This document shows positions 24,121 through 33,000 of a stretch of 33,000 bases of DNA, in pieces. Every line of letters begins with the position of its first letter. Position 1 is the first letter of the stretch. The notes beneath the pieces were generated by a model, which saw only the letters and a program-made list of their open reading frames with translations, made no database searches and had not been told where the DNA came from. This stretch comes from Botryllus schlosseri (lineage: Eukaryota): the NCBI GenBank assembly GCA_051294905.1, contig CM119383.1, positions 13,175,001 through 13,208,000 on the forward strand, read 5' to 3'. The position numbers and the translations under genes were made by a program.

Positions 24121-25344
24121 CTCCAGATTGATAACATCCAATGCTCCATTAATGTCACTTGATAGCCACAGTTTGAAAAACACATTAGTAGCAAGCCACC
24201 CTTCTTGAGAGCTGTCTTTCAGAATCGAACAGAAGTAATCAGCAACGCATTCCATTTCAATCTCCAATTTGACTTTGCTTGTAATCCCAGGATATAATGG
24301 CGTGGAAAAGGGGATGAAGTTGAAGGATCCGTCGACAAGTTTGAAGACATCGTAGGTACAGGTTACATTTTTCTAGAAGTTGGTTTGAAAGTGAAAATAT
24401 GTTAATAAAATAAAGGAATTTAACAACTTTGGTTGGGCAAATATATTTTAAAATGTATGTGAATTTATATACTACTATTGTTGTAGATATGACTGAAGAC
24501 TTTTTAATGTGGGATACTATAGTAAAGGGATTGCATGATGGATTTAGGGGATAAGACACAGCACATGACATTTTCATATGTATTCATATGCACATTATAC
24601 TATAATTAAACATTAACTTCGGAAATATAACATATATGAGGATCAATGGTGTTAATATGCATATATGCGTATACATGCGTATATATTGAAAATTGCCTCT
24701 TAAACTTATAAAATATCAATATATTCCTGGTAATATTTTCCATGTGATAGGTTTCAATACATTATCATATCACATAATGTCTTATTTGACATCCTCGAGA
24801 AAGGGCTTTAGAGAATGTCGGTATGGAACCTGATATGGGAAGGATACAAGACAACAACAAAATTTAGTTCACTGTACATCACTGTTGAAAAATAGAACCA
24901 ATCAGTCGTATCAATGGCTGGCTAGTTTAAAAAGATCTAAAACAAGGCTATTGAAGGAAGGACGCAGCTTAACAGTGTAGAAAGAGTGAAAATCACATAC
25001 CCGTACAAATAACTCCTTTTCTGACAATTTCAAGAAATCGGACCGTCCGATTTCACTTATTTGTATTCCGATGAATGGGTTCCCACAATACTTCAAGTTG
25101 AATGTCGCCATTTCATATACAAACTGATTGATAATCGAGTCTTTTTGGAAATTTGGAGATTCTGCTGTTGCAAATTGTATTTTGGAAGATTTCCATAATA
25201 TTGCTCCTGACATTGACATTATTAGCAATCTCTCGTCGTTGTAATCAATATCCTCATTACTCGTCAAGACAAAAGTGAGTATTATGGATGACAAATCCAA
25301 TTTTTCCTGAAATTGCATTTGAAGTACTGTATTATTTTTCAACA
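24121..25344 (-). CDS. Two exons (25001-25344 and 24121-24372) with CARDB-like motifs
   Basis: LTFVLTSNEDIDYNDERLL...KYCGNPFIGIQI...|KNVTCTYDVFKLVDGSF...FFKLWLSSDINGALD. Donors GTATGT and GTGTGT, phase 0/0. Confidence 0.85.
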
Positions 25345-25765
25345 CTGGGCGTAAATTTCAATAACACACATACATAGAAATATCCAATATTGATACATTA
25401 TTACTTTTAAGTAGAGTAGAAGCATAGATATCAATTTAATGAGCACATATCAGAAATTATAACGGTATTATTCTGTGATAACTTATGCAGTAGCCCATTA
25501 TGGGTTCGGTAAAAACAGCTTAGCATGGCAACATATACAGAGTCCCCGATTTGGCGATAACTGCTCAACGGGGACATCGTCGTGCTCAGGTTGCAGAATC
25601 TCTCCTGTCGGTGGACGGTCTATTAGCGCGCCATCAAGACCAGCCAAGTACAATTTATGTATCAATTTACTTATCTTTCAAATCCAGAGCCACACCTTAA
25701 TATGACAAAATACTTCAATCAGCACTGAATTAAGGTAATTTACTATCTCTAGTAGACAATACAAA

Positions 25766-25982
25766 TGTGGCAGCCCACCCATTAGGGGTGTGTGTGTGTA
25801 ATGATTGTTAGTTGCTATTGTGATGGTACTGTTATTTCTGGAGCCGCCAAGTGTCTAGCATTGACTACGTGAAATGGACACTTGGTGGACACATGACAAT
25901 GCATGCTCCCTTCTTGTCTGAACTGGCTGCCGTGAGGACGCAGAAATAAAGCTGTCTAAAAACTATTGTGAATCTCTTTACA
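25766..25982 (+). mobile_element. Possible solo LTR, 217 bp
   Basis: Starts TGT, ends ACA, AATAAA at 25945-25950. No clean 4-5 bp TSD. Confidence 0.3.
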
Positions 25983-26329
25983 TAGACTATATTAGGAGGT
26001 CTCCCACACAAAGACACTCGCATACATGCTCGCTACTGCCTAACCTCAAGTGAAAAACCGTGTGCAGCCAGAATAACCTCAGCAAATATTCTACATGATT
26101 CTAAGGAGAAGGAACAGGTGTGAGCAATCAAGTGTGACGAAACAAATGTAATTACTGGACTGCTACAAATCAATTACCATGGTTTTCACAACTATACCAC
26201 TTTGCTTGGTATTTTAAACTTGCTAAACGAAGAATTTACCAATATTATGCTGTTTCATTAAAGATTGACAGTCGAATTCAGGCCCCAAAATATTTTCGGA
26301 CCAAATACAAATATAATCATGATATAAAA

Positions 26330-26645
26330 GAAGAGCAAACAAACAGAAAAGGTGCTACCATATCAAGTAATCCATGTTGTGAAGTAATCCCAGTTTCAAG
26401 TTCGACGGAAACCATTCCAGATCTCACAACAGGTTTGCTCTCCAAACTTTTCTTTTCGATAAAGATTTCACCAGACGTTTTGGCCGCAGACAAAAACATC
26501 AGCGGCGTTCTGACGAAATCACAGTCTACCTACAAAAAATCAAGAGAAGATAATCAATCTCACCGTTCCTGAAAGGTCATTGATCAGAAAAGAATTGAGC
26601 ATAGGTATGATGGCACAAATGAAGTCATTCTGTGATTGTGATACA
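26330..26645 (-). CDS. Two probable exons (26564-26645 and about 26330-26529)
   Basis: VSQSQNDFICAIIPMLNSFLINDLSGT|VDCDFVRTPLMFLSAAK...; this join requires a 34-bp intron. Confidence 0.5.
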
Positions 26646-26713
26646 CTAATTCTCTCAGCACATGTCATCACAACCAGCGATTAGTCAAATTGACTTAATT
26701 CTAGAATCTAGGT

Positions 26714-27077
26714 CAGTGGGTCACAGTTTTTTCGATTCATTGACTCCTTATCAAGCACGACACAAATTTTCGCCCCATAAATTTACTGATCTGAAAGAGA
26801 GGACACATAATCGGGAATTTATTCACCCAACTCTTATCCCTGGTGAATTGAATAAAAAAGGGTAATTTTTCCGAGTAGGTGCTCGGAAAAATGGTTTCTG
26901 CGTCTACTTTCCGTTGAGTTGACCTTTTTTCGCGTCATATGCAGAATAAACCGTCTCCACATGCATATTTTGGCCGTGTTAATTAAATATATCTGACTAG
27001 ACGTTCTAACATTTTCGACCCCTTGTTTCTCAAAATTGCCCACTGAGGGGCGATTTCACTCACGTTGGGAACCACTG
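26714..27077. mobile_element. hAT MITE, 364 bp
   Basis: Ends CAGTGGGTCAC... and ...GTTGGGAACCACTG; TSD ATCTAGGT / ATCTAGCT (7/8). Confidence 0.85.
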
Positions 27078-27177
27078 ATCTAGCTCTGACAATCCAATGC
27101 AATGTTATGCTGATGAGAGAACTCTTTGCTTGAAGGACATCATAACTAGTGACTGATTACACTAACACCAGCTGATG

Positions 27178-27224
27178 CAGTTTACTTCAGTTTACTTCAG
27201 GTTACTAGTTTACTTCAGGTTACT
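27178..27224. repeat. Short degenerate 9-10 bp tandem repeat, CAG(T/G)TTACT(T)
   Basis: cagtttactt cagtttactt caggttact agtttactt caggttact. Confidence 0.8.
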
Positions 27225-27549
27225 GGCTCAACTTATACAACTGTTGCAGCATTCCTGATGTCAACCGATGATAAGAATGAATAAAAATCAGACTAAAAAG
27301 GCCGTGAACTATAGTTTCAATAGTTATCTCATCGATACTACTAGGAAAAGCACCAAGTAGTAAATGTCAAGCTTACATTAGAACATTGTACAAAATTTCA
27401 AACAACTAAAAGATAATGGGATTTAAATAGTGATAAAATATCACAGTGCTATTTCATGAACAGATATATATGGAGATTGTGAGCGTAAAGTAGCAACAAT
27501 AATGTTTGCATGAATCAAAAAATACACAGATGAAATAATATAGATATTA

Positions 27550-28181
27550 GGGCTGTTCAAAAAAAAACTTTCTTCAGATTTCACTGGCTATGTGATAAAA
27601 TTGTTAGGTTGATGAAAACAACGCTGCACACCAACTTTGGCTCAATTCCGACCAGCAGAAGCGATTTTCTTGCAGTAGACAGTTTGGAAATTATTATTAA
27701 AAAATATAAAAACCTAAATTTTAAAATTTTCCTGTCAACCCCATAAAATTGTTAGGCTGTCCGTAGAGATGATGCACACCAAATTTGGCTCAATTCCAAC
27801 CACTAGAAGCGAAGTTATTGCTGTAGAAAAAATTTCAATTCCATGATTTTATAATAAATATTTAAAGAGTTGACCACCGCAAATGCTATTTTATTCTAAT
27901 CAAAATTTTTCTATGGCAATAAATTCGCTTCTAGTGGTTGGAATTGAGTCAGATTTGGTGTGCATCATCTCTACTGACAGCCTAACAATTTTATGAGGTT
28001 GATAGAAAAATTTTGAAATTTTTATTTTTTAATGATAGATTCAAAACTTTTTACTGCAAGAAAATCGCTTCTACTTGTTGAAATTGAACTAAAGTTGGTG
28101 TTCCGCGTCGTTTTCACCAACCTAACAATTTTATTACATAGCTAGGGAAATCTGAAAAAAAAGGTTTTTTTTGAACAGCCC
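27550..28181. mobile_element. Foldback-like element, 632 bp, with inverted arms of about 280 bp
   Basis: Ends GGGCTGTTCAAAAAA... and ...TTTTTTGAACAGCCC flanked by TA. Each arm holds two copies of an ATAAAATTGTTAGG...GCACACCAA.TTTGGCTCAATTCC.ACCA..AGAAGCGA unit. Confidence 0.9.
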
Positions 28182-28240
28182 TAAATATATATAAGCGTCA
28201 TTCCAAAAACATGCAGAACGAATGATATTTCAAAACATAC

Positions 28241-29374
28241 CCCTTCGAATCCTGTCTGAACAAGAGTCGGGATGCACTTACTTTGATGGGATAAGACTTG
28301 TGATTATCGATTTCTTCGGTATCTTGGGGATGCTCAATTGAAAGTATGACATGCAAAATGTCCCGACAGAAATGCTCCGGGATACGTATCTCCATCCGAG
28401 CCCCAGTAACGGCGAAATACCCGAAAGGATTCAATTGCTGAGAGTACATGTATGATTCCAACTCCGTGACATTAATCACTGTCAAAATAACACCGTTTAT
28501 TTGTTTTTCAGCTGAATTGCCCGTCGAGATGGACAAAATTAACTAAAACATCATACACTACTCCTAAACTTGTACCGCTAAAAATATTCCATTTTGTGTG
28601 CTTAAACGTTTGTTTTTAAGATATTTGATTACCCACTATTTTCCATACGATCAGTTCTAATTAACTAAATGTATTTCAAGTTGCAGATACATCCCATCAC
28701 AAAAAATCTTACATCTGAATACTATATTCATATTTATTACCCAAATCTTTTCGACATGCAGCCCAGAAGGGGTTAATATCAGCTATTATGCGAGCATCCA
28801 AAAGTCTTGTTTATCTTGGAATATAAGTATCATTTATCAGTGACGTTAAATTAGTAGAATTACCTGAGTATATTAGTAGGTCATCATTGTCCAAAATTGA
28901 ATCGTGGGACAAATGGAAATTGAAATCAAGTCCGTCTTTATTTCCTCTCAAATTTATGAATCGATCTCCGACGTTTTGAATGCCGATATCAACCTGAACA
29001 AGTAATCATAAATAACCATAACTCTGCTCATTAGCCATAGACCAAGAATGTCCTTGTGCTTCATTGCTAACAGTGCAAGAATTTGAGTACATGAATTCAA
29101 TGGTTTATCTCGATGAAAACTACTTCGTACAGAATGGATTGGATATAGATAGAAGAGAGTGACAAAAAATAGTGATTTAAATCATCACAATACCGAAAAC
29201 TAATCGTACAAAAGCGGAGAGAGTGAATGCAGTAAAATTATTTTGTGATGCGAATCCTTGATCACTATCATTACCAGTATATCATCCGAGTTGTAAGGAT
29301 TTACATTGTTACTATTGTAAATAACTGAGAAATTCGAGTATACTACATTTGATAATACATTGACTAGAGATTTT
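28241..29374 (-). CDS. Exons 29275-29374, 28713-28993 (with in-frame TAA) and about 28241-28580; CARDB-like
   Basis: VDIGIQNVGDRF...FNFHLSHDSILDNDDLLIYSG...IPR*TRLLDARIIADINPFWAAC; ILSIEHPQDTEEIDNHKSYPIKV. Donors GTAATG, GTAAGA and GTATGT. Confidence 0.7.
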
Positions 29375-29450
29375 CTATGTATAAAACAGGAATGCCCAAT
29401 ATCCGGCAGAGTGCAATCTACTTTTCGGATGCACATGTAAATGTGATCAG

Positions 29451-30306
29451 TAGAGCGATTTTTTGGACATGTCAAAAAAGTCAAAATTTTGCCAAAATTG
29501 TAGCGTTAGGTCAAAAAAATGTCAAAATTGTTTACACGGTCAAAATTTTTTTGCAACTTGCATTTCGTTTGTATCGTAGATGATTGTGAACTTATTGATA
29601 TTTGACAGCTTGTAGCCCAATTTATCGGTCTAACGTTGTAGCCGGCCCATTGTCTGCTCATTGTGAATCATAAACGGCCAAATGAAACAAAAAGGTTGGC
29701 ATGGTGTTATGCTCAACGTGCCGCAATATCCTAACAGAAGCAAGTATGCGTGGGCAATGGGCATTGGTTTTTATATCAACAAGCGCATGATGAAAAATTG
29801 TCAGAATGAAGCAACACGGTGAGTCAGCAACAGTATACTGTACACACAGCTTCAGTGTTGCCAGCCAACAACTGCTACTGTTGAGCGTTCTTTCTCCATT
29901 CTTGGCAAGCTACGTAGTAAGGACAGACACTTTTTACCCGAGAATGTAGGTAAGTATCTTTCGTTGTACTACAACAAATTTTAATTAGTTCTCCCATAAT
30001 GCGAGATGTAACTACTGGAATTCTTCATGGGACCAGATTTAGTGGAAATAAAGATCTTTCATGTAAAAAGTTGTCAGTTTTCAAGTAAAAAAAGTTAGCT
30101 CAGGCCTAATTACTTCATAATGACAGACAGTTCCAACCAGAAATGAAGATAAGTAGTACAATTCTATGATTTTGCGGGAAACCACCTAATTAACACACGT
30201 GAGGTCAAAATTTGGTCAAAATTAAGTTTTTCAATGTCAAAAAAAGCCAAGATTTTGATTTTCAAGGTCGACATCTTTCATTTTTTAGGTAAAAAAAATC
30301 GCTCTA
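29451..30306 (+). mobile_element. Internally deleted hAT element, 856 bp
   Basis: 14-bp TIR TAGAGCGATTTTTT; perfect 8-bp TSD GTGATCAG; GTCAAAA subterminal arrays at both ends. Confidence 0.95.
29772..29984 (+). pseudogene. C-terminal fragment of a hAT-type transposase (dimerisation-region motif)
   Basis: YINKRMMKNCQNEATR*VSNSILYTQLQCCQPTTATVERSFSILGKLRSKDRHFLPENVGKYLSLYYNKF*; PT-A-VERSFS is the hAT C-terminal motif. Confidence 0.8.
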
Positions 30307-30527
30307 GTGATCAGCCAACGTGTTTACTGAAAACGGCCAATACTCATGCTGCCATCTAACTATTCCCAAAGGTGATCAAAATGAAGTACTCCAATGTTTT
30401 CAGTGTGCTCAAGTAATTTTTGACTACTTCTGACTCCTTCAACTTCAACTACTGGACAATTTTTTTCAGCAAAACTACTTATTTTTTACAAGTGGAAAGT
30501 AGTTTGGCATATGCCTATTGCCTACAT

Positions 30528-30600
30528 CAGAGGTCTCAAACACGCGGCCCGCCAGATCATTCTGTGCGGCCCGCGAATACATTTTAGATTTTTAAGTATT
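30528..30600. mobile_element. Left end of a Charlie-type MITE related to 600-1702; right end not found
   Basis: CAGAGGTCTCAAAC followed by GCGGCCCGC...TTCTGTGCGGCCCGCGA, as at 600-660. Confidence 0.7.
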
Positions 30601-31052
30601 TGACAATATATAAGTGACAGATATATATCTATTTAGGTTTAAAAGTTAAAATTCCTTCTCAAATTGCTCCGAAAGCCTGAAACTATTCATCATACTTCAC
30701 CATCACATCAATTGCAAACGCTACCATGCTGCAAAAGATTCACTATTTCGCCACATTTCCAATTCATGATGATAAAACCGGACCCTTAGATGATTCGTGA
30801 CTGAAATTTATAAGTTGTTGTGACTTGGACGCGAACTTTCGTAGAATTACTCGGACTCCTGCAGACTCGATGACAAAATGAGAGTGACTCAAGTGGACTC
30901 GGAACGCCGAGTGTCAACAGTTATTTTGTGTTAGATGCAAGGATGGATTTTTTGATTTTCCCTCCAATTCATTGTTGTAAGTGTGCGACCCTCGATCAAA
31001 TCTTCTTTTTACAACTATTTATTTAAGTGCTGTACAAACTTTAATTTGCTAC

Positions 31053-32071
31053 TTCCATATGATGTAATTTTGACATCTCATGGAAATTGATACTTCTACA
31101 TGCAACTGTGCATAAATTTGGCTTAATGGCTTAACTTCTGCTTCAGTAGAAACACTGGCTACTTTGACAACCTAAGATTATTTCACAGTTCCAGGCTATC
31201 AAACTAAGATACATCACCTAGTTGATCTAGTAGTCTAAAAATAGTTTACCTGTACCGAGTAATCATGCGACACCGGTATTTTGCATGCTTGGTGTATGCC
31301 GAATTCTCTCAAAGCGATTGCATTGTTTTTGCACATGGCTCTGAACTTCAGACAGCTGAAATAACACAATTCAATCTTTTAGAAGTAAATACCTGAGATG
31401 GATGTAAAGAAAAGATGTACCTGACGGGGCCTCCAATTCCCAATTCATTTTCGGCAGTGTGTATATTAAATTCGTCAACGTGTGACCAACGAATATTACC
31501 GACCGCGCTGCACAAGTATATCATTTCTCCACATTTATCAATCAGAGAAGTGCGATTCAAGTATACTCCATCCGTGTCGTTGTAAATCACGCTCCAGACA
31601 TCATTCTCCTTTTTATGAAACTGAACCGCAGAGTTGGGAAGATTATATCCAAGATGGAAGTTCCTGCAAGGGCACAAAAAAGTGCTTACACATGGTAGAA
31701 ATAACATTTCATAGTTTTTCACCTGGTTGAAATTAACGGATTCATTACAGATCCGACGAAAAATCTGAGACCAATTTGCGAAGCCGGATTTTGTAACTGG
31801 GTGCCGTCAAGAGACAAAGCTTCGATCGTTATGGCGAAAGGTATTCTCGTACCAAGGTATATGAAGGGATCATAGAAATTCGCAGAGAATTCAGAGACTT
31901 CCAATCGCAATCCAACTGCAACGGCAAGATTTTGACAAAATAAGTCAAACAGTGTGAACTGAAAATAACCTTACTTGGGTTGCAAAGATCAGCAGCGAAT
32001 TCGGTAATGTCGAAAAAGATCTGATTGTTGGTAATTTCATCATTCAATTGGTTAGTCGATTTCAAGGTTGT
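31053..32071 (-). CDS. Exon cluster (31975-32071, 31723-31915, 31421-31663, 31250-31355, about 31053-31171)
   Basis: Introns of 59, 59, 65 and 78 bp with phase chain 1/2/2/0. Reads FDITEFAADLCNP|IGLRLEVSEFSANFYDP...|RNFHLGYNLP... Confidence 0.8.
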
Positions 32072-32601
32072 CTGTTGAACATTTTTTAATCAGTAAACAA
32101 TCACTATTACTACAATGAAAACATTTGAAAGGGCGGTACAGGTCCTATACTTTTCAAAGTCCATATCTTGAGACATGAAATCAATTTAACCAATGCCTCC
32201 AACACTACAATATCCCCCGACTCAAAGATATCCTTATTATTTATCATATAATTGATTGATATACGTGATTTGTCTGCTATATCATATAGTAACTAATTTT
32301 AAACCGATTACACCACATAGTCCAAATAGTTAACTTGTTTCAACGTGCTTTTAAAGTTGAACTAAAAGTGAGGAATTGTGTTGATGCTTGTTGAGATATA
32401 CTTATCTTGTTAATGATGCTTTTGGGCATACAACAATCAAGATATAACCACAGGTAGTCAGTAACAGACTTTGTACTTTTTCAAGGTTATTAATCGTCTA
32501 ATTCCATTGCTTATTCGAGTAATTACACTATCAGACTACTTACACTTCATCAATTTCAAGTAGCCAAGCTTCTGTGTTTCTACGTTTTGAATTGATAAAT
32601 A

Positions 32602-32875
32602 TATTCATATTGAGAACCCGAATATTTTCGGCTGACACTCGTCAGGCTTAATCGTAAGCAACTAGTTGAGAATTGGAAATTGCATGGTACATCAACAATC
32701 GTATCGTCGGTATGAAGTTTCTTCACCCCAAGTATTCAAAATGTCATGCCGGCGACGTCATATTTGGTGATATGGTTGTTGATATACAATGTTCTTTCCA
32801 ATTCTCTGCTAGTTACTGACGATTACCCCTGACGAGTGTAAGCCGAAAATATCCGGGTTCATTTCAATATGAATA
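32602..32875. mobile_element. Palindromic MITE, 274 bp, TA-flanked (Tc1/mariner-like)
   Basis: Inverted arms of about 110 bp (TATTCATATTGA...AACCCG.ATATTTTCGGCT.ACACTCGTCAGG...) around a short spacer. Confidence 0.85.
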
Positions 32876-33000
32876 TACTTTTCAATTGTATATTGAAGTT
32901 CTGTACCTCTAAGAAGCTCTCCAAAGACGTTTTGAATTTTTGTGAAGTTTTATAACTGAATTTACGATTCTTGTAATAGCAAACCCTTTATGACTGGGAA

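Larger units (their letters stand above)
1..32071 (-). pseudogene. Giant multi-exon gene (partial at both ends) for a mosaic protein with CARDB-like Ig repeats, a C-type lectin domain and a long beta-rich region; probably disabled or a null allele
   Basis: About 40 candidate GT-AG exons, most chaining with matching phases (exon lengths checked modulo 3). In-frame TAA at 28811-28813, TGA at 4597-4599, and frame breaks near 28.5 kb and 25.5-25.7 kb. The gene call is firm; the pseudogene status is less so. Confidence 0.6.

Noticed and set aside
29375-30400. The hAT element at 29451 appears to split an exon: the rejoined flanks give an open frame RWQHEYWPFSVNTLADHIYMCIRKVDC...
   Set aside because: A better acceptor (ttcctgttttatacatag at 29375) has the right phase and leaves the element intronic; an open run of about 45 codons can occur by chance. 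Not fully excluded.

Overview
AT-rich eukaryotic (animal) genomic DNA. The many 44-80 bp GT-AG introns and the hAT MITE load suggest a marine invertebrate, possibly a tunicate (inference). One very large multi-exon gene on the minus strand runs through the whole window and has neither start nor end inside it. About 40 candidate exons can be read, most with phase-consistent junctions, totalling roughly 3,500 codons. It encodes an unrecognised extracellular-type mosaic protein: many CARDB-like Ig-fold repeats, one C-type lectin domain and a 2.56-kb beta-rich exon. The gene carries at least two in-frame stops and probable frameshifts, so it may be a young pseudogene or null allele. Its introns hold at least 12 DNA-transposon insertions (about a quarter of the window), mostly non-autonomous hAT elements with 8-bp TSDs. 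Two of these (2428-4382 and 22888-23992) carry coding-like cargo, one keeps a transposase C-terminus, and two others are palindromic/foldback elements. All protein-family calls come from motifs recognised by eye, not from database searches.
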